From Octopus sinensis (Eukaryota), in assembly GCF_006345805.1 (NCBI RefSeq), contig NC_043006.1, positions 86,490,001 to 86,554,000 of the forward strand: a DNA stretch of 64,000 bases. Reading direction: 5' to 3'. This document shows, piece after piece, positions 24,100 to 37,730 of this stretch. Under the pieces are notes generated by a model. That model saw only the letters and a list, made by a program, of their open reading frames with translations, did no database searches and was not told the origin of the DNA. Numbering within the stretch: position 1 is the stretch's first letter; every line of letters starts with the position of its first letter. A program made the translations under genes and the position numbers.

Positions 24100-25167
24100 G
24101 CTGCTTTAATGCTTCACTGCTCAATGCTTTAGAGCATGCTTCCTTTTTGGATATATGATACATGGTACATTGATGATATATATAGATGTATATATGTGCA
24201 TGTATGTATAGGTGTGTGTGTGTGCAATTTGAGGAGGTTAGTTGGTTAGTATTTCTAACAGATTCTTAATCATGTAGTAGCTTAGTGTTTTATTTTTCAT
24301 GAATGAGTTGTTGTTTTTATTATAAAATAAAACTCCTTTGCCAAAGTACATTCCATCTGGGCTTTCATGGCTCAAAGAATAGAAAACTGCAAGCAATAAA
24401 GCTCTCATTGTATGAGCATACATGTCTAGACTTTGCTGAGAAAGATAAACAACTGCGAGCAGAAGAGGAATGAGTTAAGTGACATTAATGAAGGTAATTC
24501 CAGATGCAGAATGCTTAAGTTCTATTAGAGATCTCTTTGCAATAATGAATATTAAAGCAGACAGTTTTATTTTAATCTGCTCATATTTCAAGATAATCAA
24601 TCAGTTACTCAAGTACAATTTCTTTCTGTAAACTTTAATTTTAAATAATTCATTCCAAAATAGTAAACATTCCATTTTGAATATATTTGAATTGTAACAT
24701 CATCATCACCACCATTTAACATCCGTTTTCCATGCTGGCACGGGGTGAATGGTTTGACAGGAGCTGACATGCCAAAGGACTATGTTATGGCGGAATGATT
24801 TCCCTAATGCCAACCACTTTACCAACAAAAAACCTGGGAGGTAGGGGTAGTACTGAGTTGAATGGCTTTCTGCCAGTTGATGTGAGGTTAAAAAGTATAA
24901 TAGAAGGATAGAGATGGAGATGAAAAGAGAGGAGAGAAAGTGAAAGTTACAAAGAAAGACAGAGGGAGAGAGCAAGTGAGTAGTGGTGGTGAAGATGTGT
25001 TGAGACATACCCTCAAGGTACAGTGCAGGGTGAATATAGGTGCACTGGTTCAAAGGACAATGGGGATACAGAGGAACATAATTTTAAAAATTGCCAGAAC
25101 ATTTAAAACAATACTTCATTGCCATATTGCATGCTTGTTTTCTTTACAAATCTAAGTTTTAACTTAT

Positions 25168-25400
25168 ACTTGTTTCTTTACTACCCACAAGGGGCTAAAC
25201 ATAGAGGGGACAAACAAGGACAGACAAACGGATTAAGCTGATTATATCGACCCCAGAGCATAACTGGTACTTATTTAATCAACCCCGAAAGGATGAAAGG
25301 AAAAGTCGACCTTGGCGGAATTTGAACTCAGAACTTAGAAGACGAAATACCTCTAAGCATTTTGCTCGGCGTGCTAACGATTCTGCCAGCTTACTGCCTT
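25168..25400 (-). mobile_element. Family A SINE
   Basis: Reverse complement of the 1422-1652 and 28305-28540 elements. Confidence 0.85.
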
Positions 25401-26848
25401 AAGGAGTTCTTTTACAATAAGTACAACAACTTATTCATGAAAGATTTAACTTATACTGCAAGCTTACACATATATGCATACACATATATATTCATATATA
25501 TACATACAAACATACATATGTACATACACACACACGTATACATATATACACATACATATATATTACACACACACATACTCATACACACACATGTGCACAT
25601 ACATACACACACATCATTTTAATGAGCACTTTTTCATACTGGCATGGGTCAGATAAAATTTAAACCTTTAGCATTTAGGTTACTCTTTCAAATGTAATAT
25701 TTATTCACATTTTTTAAACTAATTCTGTATTATCTCATTAACTTTGAGATTTCAATATGATTGCTTATTTTTAGAATGAAATTGCTGGGTAGATGTTAGA
25801 AGCAGGATCTATTTGATTTGAACATAAAACAGATAAAATATGTAGTCATATTAAAAGCTAAAGAGTTAAGGCAGACTTTATATGGCTGGATTCCCTTTCT
25901 GTTGTTAACCTTCATCTGTTTCCAAGTGAGGTAATATTTCTCTATGACAGACATGTTTTCACAAAAGAATGGACACCAAGAACACTGCTTGTATGATGCT
26001 TACAGATATCATGTGCTGTCAAGATGCAGGCATAGTTGTATGGTTGTTTGCTTTTCAACCACCAAGGTTTCAGGTTCAGTCTTACTGCATGTCACCTTAG
26101 GCAAGTGTCTTCTGCTATAACTCAGACTAACCAAAACCTTGTGAGTGAATATCATAGCTGGAAACTGAAAGATGACCTTCATGGTGTGTGTGTGTGTGTT
26201 TATATATATATATGTGTATATATATATATATATAATATATATATATATTTGAAGTTCTCTTCTGTCAAAGAGTGTTCAGCTTTTGCTAAATGACCTACAC
26301 AAATGATTTGTTTATAGTGATCAAATGTATATACTGTAAATTAGCTCACTCTCTCCATCATATTGATGTTTCCTGAACAGGTCCATGGTGTACCACAGGT
26401 CAGGTGTCAAAGTGATTTTAGAGCAATGTGAGATAAAGTGTTTCGCTCAACAACACAACGCACCACCTGGTCTAGGTATTGAAACCATGAACTTGTGATT
26501 GTGAGTGCAACACCCTAACCATTGGCTGGCTTGTTAGAAATAACAACCAAATTTCTCTTAAATCACATTCTACTGTCTTAAAATCAGAAAGAACACATTG
26601 GATTGTGTAGTCTAAAAAGATGTGACAGTTATTGTGAGTATGCAATTGGTTACAGATCTGCTTCATCAGAAATAACCTGGGGCTGAATATTTTCTATAAA
26701 CTACATTCTTTCTTCAGAGTACTCTACATTAATGAATTATTCCTCCGCACTAAGGATACTTGAATATTAGCTGACTAATTATATTGATTAATTATGCCTG
26801 ACTAATTTTAATTTCTGATTAGAACTCAGCAGAACTCATATGAATACC

Positions 26849-26886
26849 TATCAGTTTTAACAAATCCCAATTTGTTAAAACTGATA
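26849..26886. repeat. Perfect 17-bp hairpin with 4-nt loop
   Basis: tatcagttttaacaaat-ccca-atttgttaaaactgata. Confidence 0.92.
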
Positions 26887-27231
26887 TGAAATTAGCTATA
26901 TATTAATCAATTTTCTAACTTTAGCCAAATCATACATTTATGATCCTATGAGAGTTTGACCAATCATAATAAGTTGGAATAATCATCAGTAGATTATTTA
27001 TTACCATAGAAATTTAGATTGATATTAACTTCATCATTATCTTGCTGTTTTACACCTGGTTTTCATGCTGGATGGGCCATTTCTATATCACAAAAATAGA
27101 TTGGTCGAGAAAACTTATGCTCTAAGTTTTATTTTTGGTTTGGTTTCTATGGCTGGATTCCCTTCCTAATGCCAATAACTTTACAGAATGCACTGGGTAT
27201 GTTGTTTTTTTTTTTCATGGCATCAGCACTA

Positions 27232-27436
27232 CAGTAATCCCTTGACTATCATGGGTGTTACAACCCAAAACCTCCCACAGAAATAATTAAAATCTAAAAA
27301 AATATAAATACCTATCAGCCGCAGAAACCTGGATATACTGAAGAGTCTGCGATATAAATTTACATATATTAACCAAAAAAATCTGTGATGTACTGAGTGT
27401 GTGATAGGTGAACCACGATATGGCAAGGGATTACTG
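27232..27436. mobile_element. Tigger/pogo-like MITE (205 bp) with TA TSD
   Basis: TA|cagtaatcccttgactatc ... gatatggcaagggattactg|TA. Confidence 0.8.
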
Positions 27437-27906
27437 TATAAAGGACATGGGTGAAAGAGTGAAGGATAGCAAGAAGTGGATAAAAGGTGAGAGTGAATGA
27501 TGGATGCTGATACCAAATGACTAAGTATAGATAGTGTGGGAGTACTTTCACGTCTGATGAGGTCCCTTAAGGATATAACTCAGGACAGTGATGAGAAATA
27601 AAGGTGTATAGGATAAGGTGCAAGGATAAGATTGGGAAAGGTAAAGCATTGGAGATAGGGTCAGATAAGGTCTGTGGCACCCTTAATTACGTTGGAAGTA
27701 AATTACAGTGAGCTGAAGAGATGTACTGCTATCCTTAGTCACATTGGTCACAAAGAACAGAATGGCAAGAAGAGGATGTTGTTATTGAAAGATTATTTAT
27801 TCTATTGTGCATATTTACCTGTTGCTAGATCATAAGGAACGTAATCAGTTGCCAAACTGCAAGGTGACAAACGAAAGTAATTTACACACACACACACGTG
27901 TGTTTT

Positions 27907-29320
27907 TAGGCTGACTGAGATACCTTAATGGAATGTGGCCAAATGAGGTTTATTTTTCAACATAGTTCCCCTCGCAGTCTACACACTTCTTTCATTGGTG
28001 TTGCAGTGCTTAGATCCCATTAGTGAAAGAGCTTTCATTCTGTTGCTCAAAAACATCATCAACAGTAAAAATGATGTCATCATCACTGAAATACTGGAGC
28101 CAAATCAAGAGAATAGGGAGCATGATCAACCAGCTCAAAACCATTGCCCTGCAGAGCAGCCATTGAAACTAAGGACTTGTGTGCAGGAGCATTGTCCCGA
28201 TCAAACAAGAATCCTTTCATCAGTTTTCCTGGACGTTTGGTCTTGATAGCCTTTTGTAACTGCCTCAGTAAGTTGGCATAGTACTTTCCGTTGATGGTAT
28301 TGCATGTTAGGCAGTGAGCTGGCGGAATTGTTAGCACGCCAAGTGAAATGCGTAGCCGTATTTCGTCTGCCGTTACGTTCTGAGTTCAAATTCCGCCAAA
28401 GTTGACTTTGCCTTTCATCCTTTCGGGGTCAATAAATTAAGTACCAGTTACGTATGGGGATCGATATAATCGACTTAATTCATTTGTCTGTCCTTGTTTG
28501 TCTCCTCTTTGTTTAGCCCCTTGTGGGTAGTAAAGAAATAGGTATTGCACTTTTGAAGATAGTCAATAAACACAATGCTTTTTGCATCCCCCAAAACTGA
28601 GGCCATCACCTTCCTTACAGATGAAACAACCTTGGCCATGTTTGGAGCAGGTGAGGAAGAATTTTTCCACTGCATAAAGTTCCTCTTTATCTCTGGCTTA
28701 AAGGAGTGAACCCAACACTTGTCCTGGCTGAGGAAACCTACTGGATCTGCTTCAAACATTGTCAAATTTTCCTGTGATGTGATCAACCAGGTGCACTTTT
28801 GATTGGGTATCAGAAGACATGGCAGAAATCTTCAACATGCTAAGTTCATTGTGCAGAACATTGTCAACTATCTTACAAGACATGCTAACAGTGTGGGTTA
28901 TTTAATATATAGTCAATCGCCTGTCATCCATCATCATGTGGTAAACATGGTCAATGTTTCCTTTGGTGGTGGTAGTCGCAGGACATCAAGACTTTTGCCA
29001 TCTCCAAGACTCTCCCTACCCCTACTAAATCCAATTGCCCCCTATTGCACTTTTGATAAAACTGAAGTATCATCTAATGTATCAAGAATGTCAACATGAA
29101 TGTCATAGGGGGGGCTTCTCTTCTGCAGGTACTTGATAACCCCATGGTGCCAAATTTTGTGAATTTTCAGATGCCACTACTAGTTAATTACTTTTTAAGT
29201 CTTCTTTGAACAGTGAGGTGTTAGTTTACCTGGAAAAAAAACAATGTACTTATTAATAAGAGCTGAAATTAATACAGGCAAAATTTCACAGCTCTAGCAT
29301 CACTCTTCATAGTCAGCCTA
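27907..29320 (-). mobile_element. Decayed mariner transposon interrupted by a SINE
   Basis: Minus-strand remnants WVHSFKPEIKRNFMQWK...KVMASVLGD...FIDYLQK, TINGKYYANLL...FDRDNAPAH...HAPYSLDLAP; terminal taggctgact / agtcagccta. Confidence 0.85.
28305..28540 (+). mobile_element. Family A SINE with 9-bp TSD inside the mariner transposase
   Basis: ggtattgca at 28296-28304 and 28541-28549. Confidence 0.9.
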
Positions 29321-32077
29321 TGCTTTCATTTACTAAATTCACGCATAATGCATAAGTTGGGCTGGGCCAATAGGGAACACTGGCCCAAAGTGCTATGTAG
29401 TGGAACTGAACCTGAAATTGTGTGGTTGTGAAGCAAACATTTTAACTACACAACCACTACAGCATCACCTTAACCACATAGACTTGGCTAATATCTTTTC
29501 ATGAGATTTTAGATGGGAAATCATCATCACCATCATCAACATCATCATTAAGGTTTTGATAAGAATTGGCATGTCAGAATACTGCACTGATCTTCAGTGT
29601 CTGCTTTATCAGGGTTTCTAATGCCCAGCACCACCACCAGCAATGAGGTCACAGAGTAACTTGCAGGACATGACTTCTCAACTGGGGTGGGAAGTAGTAT
29701 TGAGAGGCAGAAAAAATGTCTTGCATTAGAAGAGAAACGTGGCTATCTCAGATGCAGAGAGAGAGAGAGAGAGAAAGATGGTGATGTGACAGGGAGTGGG
29801 CAGGGACCATATTATTCACAATAATTTAATATATGAGAAAATTCTTTTGCAAAGTTCCTTCAACAAAGTTCTTGGTAAATCCCAGAACTGCTGGAGATAA
29901 TCCATAGAGCTGCAGGGCATGTACCAAAGAGCTACAGCAAACACACATTAGGGCAGCAGTGGACAAACCTTTCTTGCTTAAAAATAGCTGAGGGTTGATG
30001 ACAGGAATGGCATCCAGTCAAAGAAAATCTGCCTCAACAAATTCTGTCAGATTTATGCAACAATGGTAAAATGGATGACGAATGGTGATGATGTACACAA
30101 GTGTGCATGAATTTAATGAACATAATTCTTGTGTACATGAGCACATATGGATACATATACACATACACATGAACATTATGGTGCAGATGAACTAGGAGAT
30201 AAACTGGATATTAGAGGAATTGGTTGCAGTGTGAAAGAGAGGTAACTGCATTGTTATAGATATGTCATGTGTACGGATAATGGATAGGTAAAGAAGAACC
30301 TGGAAATCTAAGTTGAAAGAAACTGGAAAAGGAAGGCCAAAAGAGTCAAAGGCAACAGTGGTGTAGACTGATCTCAGATTGTTGAATCTCACAATAGAAA
30401 TCACAAAGAAATGCAACAAATAGCAAGACACTCTACTGGCAAGGACACCGTTCAGCTTATGCAAGCATAGAAAAGTGAACATAAAAATGATGACAATGAT
30501 GATGATGATATCATAGAAAACTTGAATATTTTATTGCTTTATAGTGTCTACATTTTCATCTATCTGATCGTTCCTTTACTATAGTAAGTCTTTTTGTTCT
30601 TCGTCAGAATTTTATTTCAAAAACTTCCAAGTTACCAACTGTTTTCCATATCAATAGCAGCAGACAAAAAATGACAGAGAAAGAAAGAGAGGAGGAAGAA
30701 AGATGATGATAGGGGTAGCGATGACAATAACAAGTCTTTTAGTCAATCATGAGAAAATCTTCTCATCACTCAAGTCAGTGAATACTGGTTGTCTATAAAG
30801 AATGACACCTTGATAATAGCAGTGCAAGTTGAGTGCACTGAGAATTATCTCGATACGCCAGTTTGGAAACTTTCAGTATTGCTTTAGTGCATTTATAGAA
30901 TCAGAGAGAGAGACATTAAGTCTATAATGTCGTATCTTATAATCATAGAAGCACACACAAATATACACTCATGCACATATATATATACATATGGGTATAC
31001 ATGTGTATGTATACACAAAGTCTATGTACGTCTTTATGTACACCAAATCTCTAATGTAAAATTGGTAATTTATATTAGATTTAATGTACATAATCACCTA
31101 TGTAGTAATTGTGCACAAACACATATGCATGTATATGTGTGTGTTTATATATATGTGTGTGTGTGTGTTTATATGTTTGCATATATGTATCTATATGTCT
31201 GTGTGTATGTTTGTATATGTGTGTATAAATGTATGCTTGTATGTGTGTATGTATACATACATTTATAGACATATATACAAACATACACATGTACATATAG
31301 AGACATATACACAAATATACATCTGAACACACACATATATATAAACACATGTAAGAGTATGGAACGAGTGCACTATGGCACAAACACATGTAGATAAACA
31401 CATGTAGATACAGGTATATAAACACATGTAGATACATGCATAGATACGCATGTGCATCTGTTTGTGCATAAAATAACTTGTTTTCATGCATCAATCCAAC
31501 ACTGCTTAGTGCTGAATACACATATGTGTAAGGCGATTTTGGATACAAGTAAATAATTTTGTTTACTGGTGCATAATTATAGCAGGTTCTACATCATACA
31601 TGTAAACCTGGTGTGCATGAAGCACATTGCACTTTGCATGGAAACATCATTATTTTACATCCACTTTTCATGCTTGCATGATTTGAACAGGTCACAATGG
31701 TACGAGTTAGAAGTTTTTAATCAGAGCCACTGACCTTGTATGCAGATTGAAGGAGTATGTTTCACTCATGTATTTCTAGCAAACGTCCGCACACACACAC
31801 ATTGTTAGCTATTTGTAAGCAAAAACCTCACTGACTCACAAATGGTGATGAGGGACATAAACACACCAGCACCAGTTGACTAGCAGTGGTAAGGGGACAA
31901 GCACAGACACAAAGACACACTTATATAAATTCACTGCAAAGACATATTTGGGCTCTTTGGCATATCTTGACATGTTGCATGAGTAAGGTGTGACTGTGGT
32001 GAGAAATTTGCTTCCCAACCACATGGTTCCAGGTTCAGCCCCACTGTGTGTGGCACCTTGGGCGTCTTCTACTATAG

Positions 32078-33322
32078 ACTTCAGCCTCAACAGAGATGAC
32101 ACCCTAGCTGTCTCTAGAGGAGTCAACAGCCACTCATTAGATGGACTTAGAAAGGATCTGATTAGCACCTTAGGCTCAATGGGTCTCAAGATTACCATTG
32201 AGACTAATCTTACCACAGTAGATTTTTAGATGTTATTTTAAATCTGGGCTCTGGTACATACAGGCCCTATCACAAGCCAAATAAGAGACTGTCTTATATT
32301 AGCACAGCCTCCTGCACCCCCCACCCCCATAGTTTTCAAGAACCTAGTGAAAGGTGTAAGCAAGAGGATCTCAGATCTATCCTCGAGTCAAGATATCTTC
32401 GATGCTGCTGCCCCCTACTACAATTAGGCATTAGCATCAAGTGGGTTTAAGGACCACATATCCTACATGCCTAGCCCTAGGACCCAGAAAAGGAAGCATT
32501 GCAGAAATATCATTTGGTTTGCTCCACTCTCCTCACTCAATGTCCAGACTTGTATAGGAAAGATTTTCCTTAGATTAATAGACAAATATTTTACACACAC
32601 ACATAGATACAGGCATTTGTTTAATAGGCACAACCTAAAAGTCTCCTTTAGTTGTGCACCTAACATAAAAAAACATTTTATCAAGTACCCACAATACAAG
32701 GGAGGAGGTAGGTTGCTCTTGCAGGGTATATAACTGTCCAGTAGGAGGCCAAGGCAAGACTGAAGGGGTCGTATATGAGGCTACAGTGATACCCAGACCT
32801 AATATCCATAATAACAGCAATGTAACATCGAACAGAAATATTATTAGCAGATTAACCAGGTCTCACACCAATACAGTTGCTACACCCAGAGATAATAACC
32901 AAACTGGGACCAGCATCACAGAGAGCATCACTGAAGATCCTGGTATCACTGCCATGGATAATGAACAAACCATAGATGCAGATAGAGTGACCAGTACACA
33001 CGCTGCACCTGGAAATAATGACCTATCCAGAACCAACGACTTGGAGGAAATATCTGCTGTTCCCAGTTCTGCCACCTCAGATGAGGACCAAACATTCGTC
33101 TTTGACACCGATGGGATGATCAATCCCATGCCATATGTTACCAGTAGTGTGAATAAGGCCACATCCAATGTTTATAAATATATTGGTTTGGTGAGTACTT
33201 CATTCAAACAACGTTTTCTTAACCACCAGTCACCCTTCAGAATCCCAGAAAGATAGTTTGTCACATCCCTGGCTCGCCATGTGTGGCACCTCAAAGATCA
33301 AAGGATCCTGTGCTTACTCTGG
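32078..33322 (+). mobile_element. Penelope-like element fragment (RT C-terminus, thumb/linker, GIY-YIG endonuclease), nested in a family C SINE
   Basis: NRDDTLAV (RT motif C), NLTTVDF/LDV, RNIIWFAP...IGKIFLRLIDK, CSCR...CP...VVYEATV, YIGLVSTSFKQRFLNH, TSLARHVWHLK; frameshifted. The SINE ends at 32077 (ctactatag) and resumes at about 33401 (catagcctcagg). Confidence 0.88.
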
Positions 33323-33355
<33 letters not shown>

Positions 33356-34243
33356 TTGTGTGTGTGTTTGTGTGTCTTTGTGTGTGTGGTATGTCTATGC
33401 CATAGCCTCAGGCCAACCAAAGCCTTGTGAGTGGATTCAGTGGACAGAAACTGAAAGAAGAACGTTGTGTGTGTATGTGCCTGTATATAAGTGTATGTGT
33501 CTTTATGTCCGTGCTTGTCCCCTTACCACTGTTAGTCAACTGGTGCTGGTGTGTTTATGTCCCTCATTACTTAGTGGTTCAGCAAAAGAGAATGATAGAA
33601 TAAGTATCAGGAGGTTTAAAATAAATAAATAAAACAAGTACTGAAGTTGGTTCTTCCCATTAAAAAATCCTGCATGGGTGCAGTCTAGTGGCTGAAGTAG
33701 ATAAAAGATCAAAAGGCTCATTCACATGGAATTTTTTGCTTCCAGTTCTTTGTATAAGATGTCTGAGCTGTTTGGTGCTTGATAAATTGAGGAATTATTA
33801 CCTCGATTGGAAACATGAGGGATTGTTGTCATGAAGGGCATCCAACTGTAGAAAAACTTTGCTTTAACATACTATTATCTAACCTATATAAGCATGGAAA
33901 AATAGACATTAAAACTGTGATGATGAAGTTGACACATCTATTCCCATATACACATACACAACCTGACACATACATACATACACCCATACATAAACATGCA
34001 AATATATACATATAAACAAATATACAAACACACATGTGTGCATGTATATATATATACACGCCATGATAGATCGTTAGCCACTACACACATTTTTTTCTCT
34101 CCTTGTTTTTTCTGTGTCCCTTTCTGTAGAAGAGTGTAGGCTCGAAATGTAAAAGACTTTTTCTATTCCTGAGCATTATACTAATACATCTGCTTGTTTT
34201 GTACACCACCTGTCTTCGTCTTTTGTTTTTTTTCATAAACTCT

Positions 34244-34287
<44 letters not shown>

Positions 34288-34552
34288 TTTATCCTTTACT
34301 TGTTTCAATCATTAGACTGTAGCCATGCTAGGGCACCGTCTTGAAGAATTTTTAGTTGAATGATTTGACACTAATATTTATCAATTTTTTTTAACATGGT
34401 ACATATTTTGTTGGTCCCTTTTGCTAAACCTCGAAGTTATGGGAATGTAAACACAATAACATCTGTTGCTAAGAAGTGGTGGGGGGGTTAAACATAGACA
34501 CAAAGACACACACACACGCAAATATATATATATATATATATAGATGTGTATA

Positions 34553-35432
34553 TAGGGTGGGTGGAAAGTAACTAGGCATTAGAAATTGCTTATAGAATTT
34601 TTAGTATCACTGAAGTCATGCTGAAAACATTTTTTAAACAGTCAACGCTAATATAGATGTCTTATTTTCTTATTGTCTTATTTCTTATTTTCGAGATGGC
34701 TGGTCAGTTGACTGTTCAGGAACAAGCTAAGATAGCAGCATGCTATGAAATGTGGAATTCCATTGTTTTGATTCATAGATGGTGAGGTGCATGAAAAGGT
34801 AAGCATGCAACACTATGTCCGGAGACAATAAAAGGTTGTCATGCAAAGCTGATGACCACGGGCTCTATGAACGATGCAAGGAGAAGTGGCCGTCCAACCA
34901 CATCCTGATCCTGGCAACAGTGCAGGAAATGTTTAATCGCAGCCCGCAAAAATCAACACATCAAGCAGCTCATGAAAGTGGACTAACAAGACACACAGTA
35001 CATACAGTGTTGCATAAAGAACTGAATTTTCTTCCATGGAACCCCATCATATGCAGGTGCTAAAACCTGAAGACTGACCGCAGAAGTCTAGAAGTCCAAA
35101 AAGTCCAGATCTCACTCCATGTGATTTTTACCTGTTGGGATTACACAAAAGAGGTGTACAAGACAAAACCTCCCACACTGGAAGACTTGGAGACAGATTC
35201 AGGAGGTTCTCAATGATATCCCAAACGATGTCCTTCAGATGGTTGTTCATTCCATCCCTGGCAGTTCGAGGAAACTGGATGATGCCACTGGTGCTTACGT
35301 TGAAATATGAAGATTTACTTCATTTTTCCCATGTAATAAAGAATATGTATCATTTGTTTCAATGAATTTGTTAAAGGAATATGGATTTTATTACAAATTT
35401 TTGATGCCTACTTACTTTTCACCCATCCTGTA
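34553..35432 (+). mobile_element. Internally deleted Tc1/mariner-superfamily (maT/DD37D-like) transposon
   Basis: TIRs (t)agggtgggtggaaagtaactaggcat and atgcctacttacttttcacccatcctg(ta); MAGQLTVQEQAKIAACYEMWNS HTH start; sits in the microsatellite of a family C SINE. Confidence 0.78.
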
Positions 35433-35577
35433 TATGATGGGTTTCTTTCAGTTTTCATCTTCCAAATACACTGACAAGGCTTTAGTTGGCCTGAGGCTGT
35501 AGTCAAAGACACTTGCCAAAGGTGCCACACAGTGGGACTGAACCCAGAAACATGTGGTTAGGAAGCAAGCTTCTTAT

Positions 35578-35885
35578 TACATCATCATCATCATCATTGT
35601 TCGACCGTGGTCGAGACAATGGAATTTACCATGCTACGCCAGACTTCACGGTCCATCATGGCATTACAGAGGTCCTGTTGCTGGATGCCTATATCCCTGG
35701 AGATTACATCAGGGTAGGAGAGTGTGCGCCCTCTGGTATTGCAAGTAGATGGCTTCCAGAGGAGAAGAGTAGAAATTACCTCTTTTTCAGCTCTACAACA
35801 ATGTCCAGCAAACTGGACTCTCTTACCTTTCACAAGAGATGACACAGGTGGTAGTTTCCCATATATTTGCATCTTGGTTGGATGG
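35578..35885 (-). mobile_element. 3' end of a second RTE-type LINE family with (ATG)n tail
   Basis: ORF 35594..35872: KRVQFAGHCCRAEKEVISTLLLWKPS...AMMDREVWRS. Confidence 0.8.
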
Positions 35886-37099
35886 CGCTTACATGAGAGA
35901 TTTTGAGCATTTACACATACATACTATATTATCAGTATATCCAGTCAGTAGTAATTATTTCAGACACACAGTTGAGTACAGATGAGTAATATCAACTGCA
36001 CAAAACCTCTAGGTATGAAGAAATAATCCTGTTTAATAACACAAAACTTATGTCTCTGTTTACACAGATCCTGGTGTATGTATTTTCATTGTACATATTC
36101 TTTGATTGTTCTTGTTTTGATTAGTATCTCTATTTTTCAGCTACATTTTATTTATTTAACTTTATATGTTATTTGTTTCTTATTCCTTTCATCTCTCATA
36201 ATATTCCTCATTTTAGTTTTCTACTGTCTGTCTAAATCTATATCTGTCTGTCTATTTATTTATCTATCTATCTATCTACTCACATAGATCATTGTATATG
36301 TAGGTGTGCATTACAAGTACAACTAACACACTTAGAAACTACACTTATACTAGAGCTTATCTTTCTCACTAATAGAGTTAGACTAACAGTACAATATCTA
36401 ATTCTTTCTAGACTAATTGCAGTCAACAAGGTTTTCAGCTCCTCTGATTTAGCTGATATAACCCCCCCCCCCAAAAAAAAACCCCACTTTATCTCTTTTA
36501 GTTCCTTTGTTCCAAATTTTTTTCTTTCTTTTAAAGGGGCTTTCATGTAAGGGTGTTGGGCTGACAATCATAAAGTCATACATTTGATTTCTGCATGGGC
36601 AGTGTTATTGAACAAGACACTTCATTTCACATTGCTTTAGTAGAGTCAATGAAAATGAATATCAGACAAGTGCTGATGCACTCCTCTCTCCTGTTATCAG
36701 TTACGTCTTTGATGTTCTTTTGGGTCAAAGGTGGGAAGGTTAAGAGGGTGTTTACGCCTGCTTATAACTACATAGGTACCTAAAACAATTAGAGAAGCAT
36801 GTTACATATTACAAAGCAATACTCATTTTTGAGTGATGGCCGCAAAAGGGAATTTACTCTGAATGATGAAAATGCTGGAAATATATCTTTTCTTTTATGG
36901 CCATCTCAAATCAGATGAAAAGGTGGGAAAAGCAATGGTTTTGAGACTTATGGTAATTTGCTGTGCTTGGGAAGTCATATCAAGCAAAGTAAAACTGCGA
37001 CCATTACAGCCCATGTCAGAACAATGTAAACAAACACTCATGCCATTACCATGTAAACAGTACTTGTTCTGGGACCATGTAGAAGGAACTTGTGCTGGT

Positions 37100-37730
37100 A
37101 CCATGTATAGAGCACTTGTGTCAGTGCTACGTGCCAGTGCCATGCAGTTGCACCTATTCCAGTGTCACATAAAAAGTACTTTGTAAAGTGGTTGGTGTTA
37201 GAAAGGGCATCCAGCCATAGCAACCATGCCAAAACAGACAACTGTAGCCTGGACAGCCCTCCAGCTGGCCAGCTCCTGTAAATGATGATGATGATGTTGA
37301 TGATAAATTGACAAACAGTTAAACAGTTCTGGAAATAGATATCAAAGGTTTAGCAAAAGTTAGTTATGGATAGCATCATCATCATTGTTTAACATCCATT
37401 TTCCATGCTAGCATGGGTTGGACGGTTTGACCTGGGTCTGGGAAGCCAGGAGGCTGCGCCAGGGTCCAGTCTGATCTGGCAGTGTTTCTACAGCTGGATG
37501 CCCTTCCTATCACCTACCACTCTGTGAGTGTAGTGGGTGCTTTTTATGTGCCACCAGCACAGGAGCCAGAGGAGGCTGGCAAACAGCCACCATCACTTGG
37601 TGCTTATTACATGTCACCGACACGGATGCCAGTCAGGCAGCACTGGCATTGGCCACGTTTGGATGGTGCTTTTTATGTGCCACCGGCATGGATATCATAC
37701 CTACAATTTCCATTTGATTTTCATTTTGAT
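37100..37730. mobile_element. Two RTE 3' UTR remnants in opposite (convergent) orientation
   Basis: Plus copy ending tgatgatgatg at about 37290; minus copy beginning catcatcatc at about 37375. Confidence 0.65.

Noticed and set aside
24238-24436. ORF MRALLLAVFYSLSHES with a good upstream acceptor, superficially like an M1 peptidase exon
   Set aside because: No strong donor, no LGW motif, and the exons at 63140 and 43318 already fill this part of the protein in the correct phases.
27551-27600. Second CTGATGA motif followed by ggtcc-cttaa-ggat
   Set aside because: No GAAA or cleavage triplet in register, so it cannot form a hammerhead; possibly a decayed one.
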